The position numbers and the translations under genes are program-made. Source: Octopus sinensis (lineage: Eukaryota). Taken from it: a stretch of 64,000 nucleotides of DNA. This document shows positions 34,835 through 48,134 of this stretch, piece by piece. The notes below the pieces were generated by a model. It searched no databases. It worked only from the letters and a program-made list of their open reading frames with translations, and was not told the origin of the DNA. The stretch covers positions 9,982,001 through 10,046,000 of the forward strand of contig NC_043021.1 in assembly GCF_006345805.1 (NCBI RefSeq), in the 5' to 3' direction. Position 1 is the stretch's first letter. Each line of letters begins with the position of its first letter.

Positions 34835-37800
34835 TATATATATATTATATATATATATATTACATACATATATATATATACATACACACACATATATCTG
34901 CACACTTTATTGGTCTATGTAAACTAAAATGAAATTAAAGATATTCCACTCTTATGAGTACGGAAAATTGATATAAAAAAAAATCTCACCGTCAATGATG
35001 AAGTCCTCAACTTTGTCAGCATCCAGTTGTAATTCTCGTTGGATTTGATAAAAATCAATTTCTCTTCTGTTCTCACACATCTGCATAAATGTTAGCAAAC
35101 GCATCTTACGAATGTTGTTTTCATGTGACAAACCTGCAAGTGGAGGAAGATAACAACACCTGCATCAAATGTCAATACGTCATGTTTGAATCTATACTTT
35201 TGAAGAGAGGGCCTTTCAGGATCAAGTCTTCAGTGAGGGGTTAACTCATCATCATCATTTAACCTGTGTTCCATGGATTGGTTGGTTTAACAGGGTCCAA
35301 CATGTCCAAGGATTACACTGAGCTCCAATGTTTTTGCTTGACATGGCTTCTAACGCTGGATGCCCTTCCTAATGCCAACCACTTTACAGAGTGGACCAGG
35401 TGCTGTTTCTGTGCCACCTGTACTACTGAGGTTGCCATGTAGCTCGCAGAACTATAAACTCTGGGGAAGGTCAGCTTCATACTAGGGAACGAGGGGATTG
35501 CAATGAAATGGGAAGGGGACAGAGCAGGGTCCAGTCAAGGAAGAGGAGAAATTTTCCAGATCTTGTTTGGTCAGTTTTTCAGTTCAGTTTCACTGACCCA
35601 CCACAATACACCAAACTACACAAACTGCGTACAACAATGACAATAAAACGATTAAGATCAAACTTACCGATTGAGTTGATGAAGTCTGTATTTTTAGCAT
35701 AAAAGGTTTTGTATTTGGCAAGTTTCTCTGTTACAAAAATGGTCAGCAACTGTGAAAACAAGACATGAATAGTGGTGAACATTTGCTCTAACGATTCACA
35801 CTGGGTAAACATACATAAAGGTACATCACAGTCATCCTGTTTATAGCACAACTATGACATGTAGAGGGCTATTGAAATTTTTAACCATGAGACATGATCC
35901 ATTGGTCATTCAGTTAACTTGGTTGGCTGAACCACTGACCTAACCATCATCATCATTTAACCCTTTAGTATTTAAACCGGCCATATCCGGCCCAAATATT
36001 CTACTTGTTCTATGTTCAAACCGGCCAGATCTGGCTTTGCACACTTATCCTACAATGTCATTCTAAGAATAAGCAGTCACATCCTCAAAATTTCAGTGCC
36101 ATGATGCTTTTGCATGATTAATTCAAACCAATTTGATTACATAAGCATTACATTTGACAGAATAATCTGAATACTAAAGGGTTAATGTCCACTTTCCATG
36201 CTGGCATAGGTTGGACAGCTTGATAGGAGCTGGCAAGGCCAGGGGCTGCACTTGGTTCCATAGTCTGCTTGGCTTGGTTTCTACAGCTGGGTGCCCTGCC
36301 TAACACCAACCACTTTACAGAGTGTACTGGGTGCTTTTTGCATGGTCCTATCAGCAGTGCTTTTTACGTGGCAGAGCAATATCCTGTGTCCATACAGAAC
36401 TGCTGGATTATGAGCCACACAAATCTGATAACAAAAAGGGTTTCTGCTTTCATTGTTTGAAAGCTTACTGGCAATAACAGCAACTCCAGGTTTTGAAATA
36501 AACATGTATTCCAATAAAATCATTCTCTCAAGCAGTGAAAGATCACTAAACAAAGAAAAATGGTAAGTAAAAATATTTGTGATGAATGTGGGGAAGACAA
36601 GGCTTACATCATGGATGAGTTCTCCTTCTAAGAACTTGACAGGTTTGAGTGTAAGAAGATGATCCATGAGGAAGGTACCAGGGTCAGCTAAACATGTGAC
36701 AATACATCTGAAAGGGAATACAGAAAATGTTATATGTGCATCTATAAATATTATATGTGTGTGTAGGCTGTTTTAATGTCAATGATGAAACTGGTTACAG
36801 ATTACGAAACAGCTGTCAACAAATGGAATAAATATTTCATTTCTCATTTCTCTGAATTTGGGTCAATTCTATAATATATATGAAGAGAGAAAAAACACTG
36901 ATATATACATTCTTAATTTGCTATGGTGAATATTCAAGGTTCCAAAGGTAGCGAGCTGGGCAAAATTCTTAGCAGCATTTTGTCTGTCTTTATATTCTGA
37001 GTTCAAATGCCACCAAGGTTGACCTTGCTTGTCATCCTTTCGGGGTCGATAAAATAAATACCAGCTGAGCACTGGGGTTGATGTACTGAGCTTAGTCCCC
37101 CCCATCCCAAATGGCTAACCTAGTGCCAAAATTTGAAATCAATATTAGGAGAGGCATTAAGGGGGTGAACTGGCAGAATTGCTAGCACACTGGACAAAAT
37201 GCTCAGTGGCATTTTGTCTGTCTTTACGTTTTGAGTTCAAACGCCACAGAGGTTAACTTGGTTGGCTGAACCATTGAACTAAGCACCATCATTTAATGTC
37301 TACTTTCTATGCTGGCATGGGTTGGACAGCTTGATGGGAGCTGGCAAGGCCAGGGGCTGCACTTGGCTCCATAGTCTGCTTTCAGCTTAGTTTCTACAGC
37401 TGGATGCCCTCTCCTAACACCAACCATTTTATAGAGTGTACTGGGTGCTTTTTATGTGGCACTATCACCAGCCCTTTTTACATGGCATCGCTGGTGCTTT
37501 TTATATGGCACCATCTGCAGTACTTTTAATGTGGAACCACCACCAGTTGTTTTTACATGGCATCATTGCTGGTGGTGTTCATGTGGCACCATCATTAGTG
37601 CATTTTATACGGCACCATCATTGGTGCTTTTTGCACGGCACTATCAGCATTGTTTTTCATGTGACACCACCACCAGTGCTTTTCATGTGGCACCATCACC
37701 AGTCCTTTTTACATAGCGCTATGAGCAGTGCTTTTCATGCGGCACCATCATCAGTGCTTTTTACTTTGACACTCATCCTTTTGGGATGTAGAGAAATGTA

Positions 37801-39054
37801 GTGAAATTTTCCATCATGGAACATGATCCATTGGCTGAATCAATGACCTAACCATCATCATCATTATCATCATTTAATGACTGCTTTCTATGCTGGCATG
37901 AGTTTGATGGTTTGACTGGAGCTGGAGAGTTGCACCAGGTTCAATAGTCTGTTTGGGTTTGGTTTCTGCTGCCGCATGCCCTTCCTCATGCCAACCACTT
38001 ATGTGACACCTGGGGCTGAACGACAACCATCCTATCAACTCAGTCAGACATGTACTCTACAAAGGTAGCTCAACCTGCCAGAAACAGCAGCTAAAGGCGG
38101 CGAGCTGGCAGAAATGTTAGCACACAGGACGAAATGCTCAGCAGTATTTCATCTGCCGTTACGTTCTGAGTTCAAATTCCGCCGAGGTCGACTTTGCCTT
38201 TCATCCCTTCAGTTGATAAATTAAGTACCATTTATGCACTGGGGTCGATGTAATCAACTTAATCTGTTTGTCCTCTCTGTGTTTAGCTCCTTGTGGGTAG
38301 TAAAGAAATAAGAAACACCAGCTAAATCTCTATCAACTCACACTTTGATGTCTTAAGAAGAGAAGACAAATACGAGACAACTGTTTGGAATACCTTTGAC
38401 TACAGGTGTGTTGCTGGCTTGAGGCTAAACAACCAGAGGAGATGAGAGAAAGATAATTAGATAGATAGATAGATAGATAGATAGAGAGAGAGGGAGAGAG
38501 AGAAAAGCTTCTAGTATTTACCTGTGAGCGTCTTCTCTGGCCTGGGATGCATTATCTTCAGTGTAAGTTCCCAGGAGTTCAATCATTACTTTTGTAGCAG
38601 TGTCACTGTAAATAGAACCAACATTAGCCATTGCAATGTTTTGTGGTGGCACATCTCAACACACACAAGCAAAGAATGGTGGGGGAGGGGGAATTTAAAA
38701 TAATGGTGAATACTGGAGACACTGCATGGCACCTTGGGCAAGTGTCTTCTACTATAGCCTAGGGCCGACCAAAGCCTTGCGAGCGGATTTGGTAGATGGA
38801 AACTGAAAGAAGCCCGTCGTATATATATATATAATCACATAAGTACGTATGTATGTTTGTGTGTCTGTGTTTGTCTCCCCAACATCGCTTGACAACCAAT
38901 GCTGGTGTGTTTACGTCCCCGTCACTTAGCGGTTCGGCAAGAGAGACCGATAGAATAAGTACTAGGCTTACACAGAATAAGTCCTGGGGTCGATTTGCAT
39001 GACTAAAGGCGGTGCTCCAGCATGGCCACAGTCAAATGAATGAAACAAATAAAA

Positions 39055-39092
<38 letters not shown>

Positions 39093-39211
39093 TATATTAT
39101 ATATATACATACATATATATATTATATATATATATATATATTATATACATACATACATATATATATATAATATATATATACATACATACATATTATATAT
39201 ATATATATATT

Positions 39212-39244
<33 letters not shown>

Positions 39245-39249
39245 CATAC

Positions 39250-39281
<32 letters not shown>

Positions 39282-39421
39282 CATACATACTATATATATA
39301 TATATATATATTACATACATATATATATATATATATGTATATATATACATACATACATATATATATATATATACATACATATATATAATATATATATATT
39401 ATATATATATATATATATATA

Positions 39422-39493
<72 letters not shown>

Positions 39494-42400
39494 GTGATGG
39501 ACTTCAGTTTCTACCTAACAAATCCACTCACAAGGCTTTGGTTGGTCTGGAAGCTATAGCTAAAGGCACTTGCCATGCAGTGGGACTGAACCCAGAACTA
39601 TGTGGTCAGGAAGCAAACTTCTTACCAAAAAGCCACTTAATTTCTTGCATGAGTAAATATGGTAGACATTGAAAAGCGAGAAAGCGTGATTTTTCACTTT
39701 TCCAAATAATGAAATTCTCACTTGTGTTTGTGTTGGCATTCATTCAGGACAATTTAATTCCATCACATCACAAACGAATGCTGACCATGCCTGGCAATCA
39801 CAAGCCCAGCGCTTTTGTTACTGTATTTCTGTTTAAATACACTTTGTCTCAGTTAATCTTGGAAATAACGATGAATTTAGTAAAACAACTGTTTTTATTT
39901 ATCTAGTGTTAGAAACATAAATTAATAGGTATGGGCATGGCTGTGTGGTAAGTAGCTTGCTTACCAACCACATGGTTCCAGGTTCTGCCCCACTGTTTGG
40001 CACCCTAGGCAAGCGTCTTCTACTATAGCCTCGGGCCGATCAAAGTCTTGTGAGTGGATTTGATATATGGAAACTGAAAGAAGCCTGTTGTATATGTATC
40101 CTCCAGGATGATTTAATTCCACCACATCACAAACGAATGCTGACCATGCAGTGGGACTGAACCCGGAACCATGCCTTGTACAAACCAGAACCTGCTGCCA
40201 AGTGGTATTGGTCCCTTTTATATAAAACAGTGTTGTGTTTCATGCCCGTAACTTAATGGCTTGGCACAAGAAACTGACAGAATAAATACCAGGCTTAAAA
40301 AAAAAAAATTCAAGGTGATGCTCCAGCATGGCCACAGTCTAATGACAGAAACAGGTAAAAGATAAAAGATAACATGCAATTTTGATGTGTCGAATGACTG
40401 AGAGTGGTCTCAGGTGGGTTGGCATTAAGAGGATTAACATGGAGAACATCAGCCAGCTGCATTTCCAACTGGAGATGCCTTATATAAAAGGGACCAAATA
40501 GTGATCCTTTACCACTTGATGTTAATCGAAGGAAATGGTCGACTCACCTCATTTTGGCATCAAAGACAGCATCATGAAGCATACGCAACAAGATCTGGTT
40601 TTTTGCTACTGGTAAGTTCCACATTGCCATCCAAGATTTCACCTGAAGACAAAGAATTTTTAAGTGTAAAGCATATCATGAAATAAAGCATCTTTACTAA
40701 GAACAAGGATCTCTAACACTAGAAGAAGGCCACAGAGGAAGAGGCTACCGTTAATTAAATTAATCCCACTATTTCACTGATATTCTCTTGTATTCGCTGC
40801 TGGAAATATGATAAGCAACACTGACTCTAGTATATTTATTAGTTTCAAATTTTGGCACAATGCCAGGAATTTTGGGGGAGGCACTAAGTCAATTATATTG
40901 ACCCTAGTACTTAACTGGTACGTATTTTATTGAACTCGAAAATGATGAAAGGCAAAGTCGACCTCGGCAGAATATGAACTCAGAATGTAAAGATGGACAA
41001 AATACCACTAAGCATTTTGCCCACGGCCTTAATGATAATAATAATAATTCCAAATTTTGGCACAAGGCCAGGAATTTCAGGGGAGGCACTAAGTCTATTA
41101 TATTGACCCCAGTACTCAACTGGTACTTATTTTATCGATCTTGAAAGGGAGGAAAGACAAAGTCAACCATGGTGGAATTTGAACACAGAATGGGCAAAAT
41201 AACAAAATACTGCTAAAGATTTTGCCCGATGTGCCAACGGTTCTGCCAGTTTGCCAGCTTACTCTACTATTCTTTTATTTCTTTTTACTTGTCTCAGTCA
41301 TTTGACAGTGGCCATGCTGGAGAACCACCTTTAGTTGAAAAAATCGGCGCCCAGAACATATTCTTTGTAAGCCTAGTACTTATTCTATTATGGTTCTTTT
41401 GCCAAACCACTAAGTTATGGGGACAAACACATACACATATATACGACGGGCTTCTTTCTGTTTTGGTCTACCAAATCCACTCACAAGGCTTTGGTCAGCC
41501 TGAGACTATAGTAGAAGACACTTGCCCAAGGTGTCACGCAGTGGGACTGAACCCGGAACCATGTGATTGGCAAGCAAGCTACTTACCGCACAACCACTCC
41601 TGTGCCTTTATAACAAAACTAATTCTTTGCACCAAATTAGATATCCATCCTGTCACAGATAGACCTCCCCACAACAAGAGGAATTGCATTTACCACTGCA
41701 AGACATTTAGCAACTCTATAGTGTTATGACACTGGCTGCAACAATGAACTATATCATTGGTCTCAGCAGTAGCCATATTAAAATACGGGCAAGTGTTGGT
41801 GTTTAAAGGGATAACTTAAGCACAGGTGTGGCTGTGTGGTAAGAAGCTTGCTTCCCAACCTTATAGTCCTGGGTTCAATCCTACTGTGTAGCACCTTGGG
41901 TAAGTGCCTTCTACTATAGCCTCAGGCTGACCAAGCCCTTGTAAGTGGATTTGGTAGACAGAAACTGAAACAAGCCAATTGTGTATATGTGTGTGTGTGT
42001 GTATATATATATATATGTGTATATACAAATTGAGATAGAGGTTGTAAATGCAACCCTCCATGGGATAACATATATCCAATATACTGCTAGTGAAGTACCC
42101 AACAAAGTTAATACATAAATGTTAAGGATTGCGATGCAATCAATTCATTTACTGTATTATATGGGCAAAGGTAAAATGATTTACCACAAATTACTAATAC
42201 AAGATAAGAAAATGGAGAAATACATCTAAATCAAATATCAATTACCAGATAATACTCAATCACATACTTTATTAAACCACCACATAAGAGACTATAGGGT
42301 TAAACATAAAAAAGTGTACATAAAAGAGTGATGTTGTATAATAAGTAGAATATATATATAAAAAAGAGAATATACATATAAGTATATATATATATATATC

Positions 42401-45400
42401 TGTGTATCTCTTTGTGTCTGTGCCTGTTTTCTACCACTTCTTGATAACTGGTGTTAGTTTGTTTACATCCCTGTAACTTAGCAGTTTGGCAAAAGAGACC
42501 AATAGAACAAGTACCAGGCTTACAAAAAAAAAAGAAAAAGTTCTTCAAGCTGGTGCCCCAGCATGACCACAGACTAACAACTGAAACATAAAAGACGAAT
42601 GATAGTTACAATATAAAATTTATCTATTTTATTTATGCGCCCTTTTCAAGCCTAGCCAGGCTCATGGGCCCGGTTTGCTGGTTTCTGTGGCGTATGTGTT
42701 CCCCCCAGCTGGACGGGATGCCAGTCCATCGCAGCGTTACTCAAGAAACAGGAAGAAAGAGTGAAAGAAAGTTGGGGTGAAAAAGTACAACAGGGGTCAC
42801 CACCTGACTCCTGCCAGAGCCTCGTGGAGCTATAGGTGTTTTCGCTCAATAAACACACACAACACCCGGTCTGGGAATCGAAACCGCAATCCTCGACCTT
42901 AACCACTGGGCCATTGCGCCTCCACACAATATAAAATATCAGACCATAATGACTTACCTTGCTCAGGTCAGTGGGTACCATTTGTAAAAGCTCAGCCTGT
43001 TTCCCTAGACGTAACATACTGTAGTAGACAGTGTAACGCAGGTAGGATGCTTCGTCCAGTCCACTAAACACATTGGTCAGTCTGAAGAGAGATAAACACC
43101 AAGAAATTAACCCCTAAACAGGAACAAACAGATTAGTTATAATGTAATATATGGGTGCAGGCTTGGCTTTAATTTCCCCTTTTGCAAGGATAATAAAATT
43201 AAAACCAGGCTGGGTACTGGGGTTGATGAAACTGGTTAAATACTTTTGGAAGTGGTGTTCTAACATGACCACAGTCCAATGACAGAAATCAGTAACACAA
43301 ACATACACACATATATACGTATATACAATGAGCTTCTTTCAGTTTGCATCTACCAAATCCACTCACAAGGCTTTGGTCGGCCTGAGGCTATAGTGGTTGG
43401 TAAGCAAGCTACTTACCACACAGCCACGTGAATTAATTTTAAAAAAAAATTTTGAATATTTCATTATAATTTTTATATTGCCCACATTTTTTTGCTTGCT
43501 TTATTTAGTTAACATTATTTACATTATATTCTACTAAAATTTATGTACTATGGACTAATAAATTCATACTGTATTGAATATATATATATATAATAGAAGA
43601 TATGGAGTGTTTTGATCTCATGATGTTGAAGCCCATGAAGATGATGGGCCACAACAAAAGAGTGATGTTGTGCTCTGAGAAGACCTGTTCTACCAATGCC
43701 AGCAAGGAAAAATGGATGTAGGATGATGATGGTACATACAAGAGAGGGAAATCTCAAATGTTGCATACAGCCATTTGTACGTGACATAACAGAAAGCACC
43801 CACTCTCTGCTGTAAAGTGGTTGCCAATAGGAAGGGAATTCTGTGGTAAAACCATGACATACACAGGTAGAATGATTGGCAAATTTCTCTATTGCTGAGT
43901 GTATGAGATGACAACGGAGTGTGATAGGACAGTGAGGATCCTGTGGTTAGGGTGTTCACTTCAGAATCACAGTTCTGGGTTTTATCCAGCTACATAGTAC
44001 TACCTAAGGTAAAGGTTATTGCATAAAATTGTATTTAGATTCAATCTTAAATACAAACCCTTTAACGCTTTTGATACCGTATTTCTTAAAAGCATCCAGT
44101 CCACACTATAAAGTGTTTGGCATTTGGAAGGGCATCCTATGTAAAAAACCATGCCAAAACTGACCTTGCATGTGCTGGTGCCCCGAAAAAAGCACCCAGC
44201 CCGCTCTGCAGAGTGGCTGGTGTTAGGAAGGGGATCCAGCTGTAAAAACCATGCCAAAACAGACGCAGAAATATGGTGCTAACGTCCAACCCATGCCAGC
44301 ACGGAAGGAAGATGTTAATTGATGATGATGATGATGGTTTCTGTTGAGTTACCCTGCTTTTACTTCAGTTAATTTCAAAAATAATGAAGAATTTAGTAAA
44401 ATAACTTTGTCAGTATTAAGCTAGTGTTTGGAACATAAATACTGAATGTTTTTAATGGAAGATTTTAATTCAGGTCTCTTGGAAATAAGATGTTTGTCAC
44501 ACAGATCCAGGAGTGGTCTCAGGTGGGTTGGTATCAAAGGGGTTCAAAAGATAAGTTTTGTAATAGAGAAATAGAAGTTGTCTCAAGTGGGTTCATAACT
44601 AGGGGATAAAGAAGATGTAGTGAAATAGAACTTACAGTCTTAAACGCAAGTGACCCCTTTTGTCTCCAGGAGGAGCTTTAGAGATGATATCACAAAACAA
44701 AGAAACAATCTCTTCGGCTTCTGTTTCAGGAACCAACATGATGAGAGATATTACACTATTGAAAAACATTTCAACATCTGGAATTGAAAATGAAAAAAAA
44801 ATTTAAAGTTAATAATTAAAATTATTAAATGAAATGTAATTTCAATATCCTTAGATTACAGAAACGAAATTTGCAATTAAATCATATATTTCATAACAAG
44901 AGAGAGAGAGAGAGAACAGAGAGAAAAGAACAGTGATTTTTCTATTCTTGGTCCATCTTAAGTCTTTACCTTTTCTTATCATCATTTAATGTCTGTTTTC
45001 CATGGTGACAGGGATTGGATGGCTTGATAGAAGTTGGCCAGCTGGAGAGCTACCCAGACTCTAGTCATCTGCTTTGGCATGGTTTCTATGACTGGATGCC
45101 ATTCCTAACGCCAACCACTTTACAGAGTGTGATGGGCGCTTTCTATGTGTCATTGGCATGAGTACTTTTTACATGGCACCAGAATGAATGCTTTTTACAC
45201 GGCACTGGCACTAATGCTTTACATGTAGCATTGGCATGAACTGTAAGCGACTTGCCTGTAGGCATGGATGGCCACAATTTTACTAATCTTGACTATGTCC
45301 TTTCTTTTTTTATTTTACCATCTCTCAGCTTCTTATGAAACAAGCCATCTATGTGGCCCAGTAAGACCAGCAGATGGAAAAACCTGACATAAAGCATTGC

Positions 45401-47528
45401 TTATAACATCACATACATACGATATGAAAATTAAAATAAAAAGTAGCAGAAATTCATAAAAGATATAGTAAATGAAATAATTACCCGAGTCTGATGGTTC
45501 TTTAAAACAGACTGGAGATGCCTTTACAATTTCTTTTAAGTCTTGTCTCAGATCTGCAGCATTTTCTTCCTTTATATCAGCTCCAAGAGACTTCAGGTAA
45601 ACACGAAGTTCAACAGTCTAAACAAAAACAATACCATTGTTAGAGAATCATATTTCAAGGTTATTATTATTATTATCATCATCATCATCATCATTTAACG
45701 TCCGTTTTCCGCGCTAGCACGGTTCGACCGGGGTCTAGGAAGCCAGGGCTGCACCAGGCTCCAGTCTGATCTGGCAGTGTTTCTACAGCTGGATGCCTTT
45801 CCTAACGCCAACCACTCCGCGAGTGTAGTGGGTGCTTTTTACGTGCCACCTGCACAGAAAAAAATACTGCGCCCGTTGCTTAAATATTTTACTTTTAGTT
45901 TGAAATCAGTTTAGTAAAACACAATTGGAAAACAAATCCATTTTAACCCTTTAGTATTCAGGATTACTCAGTCAAATTTGATGTTCATTTATTGACACTG
46001 CTTTGAATTTATCATACATTATCTTGTAGTTTTGAGATTTCAATGATGTGATTACACTTTTACTTGTTTCAGTCATTTTGACTGAGGCCATGCTGGAGCA
46101 TCGCCTTTAGTCGAGCAAAATCGACCCCAGGACTTATTCTTTGTAAGCCTAGTACTTATTCTATCGGTCTCTTTTGCCGAACCGCTAAGTTACGGGGACG
46201 TAAACACACCAGTATCGGTTGTCAAGCGATGTTAGGGACACACACACATATACATGTATGAAAGACCGAAACCTCTGGAGATATGCTGCGACTGCGAAGA
46301 CCCGACAAATAACGCGAGTTCATGGCTGTTTCCTGCACCAGCTTCACATAGCAGCCCCAAACCACACTAAGTACCTTGGATCGCAGGACGGCAACAGGAA
46401 GAGCAACCAACCATGAAATAGTCCCCAAAACCCGTCCAGCTCGGTTCTGGTACCACGTAAAAATCACTGGTGATGATGCTTCGTTAAAAGCACCCAGTAC
46501 TAACAAAAAAGTGTCAGTTCTTTCCAGACGACTGAGATTGATGCGGTTCACGTTTAGTTTGAGGGGACCTTGGGATAAGTACAGTGTGTCCCAACATGAT
46601 GTAAGAGGTGATTAAAAGGGCTTGGCGACAGGAAGACTAACCAACCATGAAACAGTCTCGGAAAACCCGTCCAACTAATGCCAGCATAGAAAAGTGGACA
46701 TAAAACGGGAATGACGATATACTGTGATCCTAACAGGATGGAGAAAACAGAATATTGTTAGACACTAGTTGATAGATGATAATCGAAAGGGATTCAGTAA
46801 GACATTACGGCCATACCACGTTGAAAGCACCGGTTCTCGTCTGATCACCGAAGTTAAGCAAGGTCGAGCCTAGTCAGTACTTAGATGGGTGACCGCTTGG
46901 GAAACCTAGGTGCAGTAAGCATAGCACATTGAATGGCGGTGCCCCAGCATGGCCACAGCTCGTGAGCTGAAACTAGAATCAATCATTTAAACAACACTTA
47001 GGTTAACACAATCGAGTTGCCCCACGATCAAAAAAAGCGATCCAATCTTATTTTGAGACATAGTAATTGCTAGTACAATATTCAACGCATTGCTGTTTTA
47101 AAGTAGTAAGGTGTGATTCGAGCGATTTTACTGTTATTTCTAGCAGGTTGAGCGACTACTAAGAGGCTTCCCTGCACAGCCCTCTTGGGCCTAATTTTAC
47201 AGCGAGATTTAATACACTGGGATATAATTCTACAAACATATTATGCAGTCCTGGATATACCATATGATAATAGACGTGTTAGATCGGTACTTTAAGAACA
47301 ATTATATCATTATTATTATTATTTAATAACTCTTAGTGTTTCCTCGTGTTATCACCAGCCGGTGTTCATTATGGCAATTTAACGGCATCAAATCGATTTG
47401 ATGTTAGTTTAAAAGAAACGAAAACAACGAACGAAAGTTAGATTCCATCGAAACGATATTGTGTGTTAAAAGAAATTGGTATTTACCTGTTCGGGAACAG
47501 TTAAATCTATAAAGACTGGAATACTCAT
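34264..47528 (-). CDS. EIF3M: Eukaryotic translation initiation factor 3 subunit M, complete, 378 aa; coding exons 47528-47487, 45617-45485, 44777-44636, 43081-42958, 40642-40548, 38605-38522, 36707-36608, 35749-35668, 35133-34990, 34454-34264
   Basis: Manual splicing gives 1137 nt (379 codons), with all introns [12 protein letters not shown] start, [58 protein letters not shown] and [19 protein letters not shown] match eIF3m (PCI domain). Confidence 0.97.
34990..35133 (-). CDS. EIF3M: EIF3M exon 9 ([47 protein letters not shown])
   Basis: cttgcag| and |gtgaga; 144 nt. Confidence 0.96.
35668..35749 (-). CDS. EIF3M: EIF3M exon 8 ([27 protein letters not shown])
   Basis: ttcacag| and |gtaagt; 82 nt. 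Confidence 0.95.
35961..36181. mobile_element. piggyBac-type MITE, second family (opposite orientation)
   Basis: ttaa|CCCTTTAGTATT...AATACTAAAGGG|ttaa, 221 bp. Confidence 0.8.
36608..36707 (-). CDS. EIF3M: EIF3M exon 7 ([33 protein letters not shown])
   Basis: ctttcag| and |gtaagc; 100 nt. Confidence 0.96.
37440..37760. repeat. ~26-bp degenerate minisatellite (gtgcttttcatgtggcaccatcacca), ~12 copies, derived from an RTE 3' UTR motif
   Basis: Continues directly from an RTE-tail fragment at 37290-37440; no unique spacers. Confidence 0.85.
38522..38605 (-). CDS. EIF3M: EIF3M exon 6 ([27 protein letters not shown])
   Basis: atttacag| and |gtaaat; 84 nt. Confidence 0.96.
39058..39495. repeat. 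Compound (TA)n/(TACA)n microsatellite block in EIF3M intron 5
   Basis: Read directly; similar blocks at 34800-34895, 56663-56720, 57350-57700, 60381-60470, 60780-60900, 63342-63450. Confidence 0.97.
40548..40642 (-). CDS. EIF3M: EIF3M exon 5 ([31 protein letters not shown])
   Basis: gtcttcag| and |gtgagt; 95 nt. Confidence 0.93.
42958..43081 (-). CDS. EIF3M: EIF3M exon 4 ([23 protein letters not shown]...PTDLSK)
   Basis: ctcttcag| and |gtaagt; 124 nt. Confidence 0.94.
44636..44777 (-). CDS. EIF3M: EIF3M exon 3 ([16 protein letters not shown]...GHLRLR)
   Basis: ttccag| and |gtaagt; 142 nt. Confidence 0.93.
45485..45617 (-). CDS. EIF3M: EIF3M exon 2 ([44 protein letters not shown])
   Basis: tgtttag| and |gtaatt; 133 nt, frame consistent. 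Confidence 0.93.
46803..46920 (+). rRNA. 5S rRNA-derived sequence (probably a pseudogene or SINE3 head, not a bona fide 5S gene)
   Basis: TACGGCCATACCACGTTGAAAGCACCGGTTCTCGTCTGATCACCGAAGTTAAGCA...AGTACTTAGATGGGTGACCGCTTGGGAAACCTAGGTGCAGTAAGC follows the eukaryotic 5S consensus over ~118 nt with A- and C-boxes. It is a single copy with no T-run terminator and is fused to a SINE-type tail. Confidence 0.9.
47487..47528 (-). CDS. EIF3M: EIF3M coding exon 1 ([14 protein letters not shown])
   Basis: ttcaccATG context, |gtaaat donor. Confidence 0.93.
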
Positions 47529-47551
47529 GGTGAAGCTGTGGACGACACAAC

Positions 47552-47615
47552 GGGAAAGAGTCGCTTACAGCCTCGACAAACGGGAGACTATCTCCCCTTC
47601 CCTTCACTTCCGCTC
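47552..47615 (-). promoter_or_regulatory. EIF3M core promoter: TCT/5'TOP motif (CTCTTTCCC, C+1 predicted at 47558) and ETS-like GCGGAAGTG site (~47606-47614)
   Basis: Motifs read directly upstream of the ATG in a CpG-containing stretch; TCT consensus YC+1TTTYY. Confidence 0.5.
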
Positions 47616-48134
47616 TGTCATTCAATTATGTCCCTTAGATGTCTGAAAAGAAACCGAAAAAAATTTTTACTCAAAGGTAAAATAAAATAAAAATATAAAT
47701 AAATATAAATAAACGAATAAAAATAAAAATAAGAAATAAGTGGATATTTTACTAGTGAGTGTGTTAAATCATAAGGCACAAAAAGAAAATGACTCGGATC
47801 TTTTCACTTTCGTAGCCTGATTTGTCAAATTTTTCCTACTTAACCAAACAATTTGAAACTTCGTATACTGGTAGAATGTGTCAAAAGAAAACTTAATTGT
47901 AAACCAGAATGAAAACGGAATTGTAATTTCTAAGTTTAACATTGTTTAATAATTAGAATTTTAACCAATGACTCTCCCCTGACACAACAGAATATGCTTC
48001 AACACAAGAACTCATTTAAAGAATCTTGCAAACCAAATCCAAAAACGAAATATAAAAGAAAATAGTTATTTTGAGAATAAAATAAAAGAAAAAGATAGAA
48101 TCTATAAGACTAAGGCATACCTATAGAAATGTGG

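Noticed and set aside
37436-37801. CRISPR-like array / W-H-rich ORFs
   Set aside because: Direct tandem 26-bp units with no unique spacers, in a eukaryotic context with no cas genes; derived from the RTE 3' UTR.
39040-39672. 210-aa and other Y/I-rich ORFs (also 57253-57740, 53572-54090, 60228-61151, 63278-63880)
   Set aside because: They are translations of (TA)n/(TG)n microsatellites plus SINE sequence.
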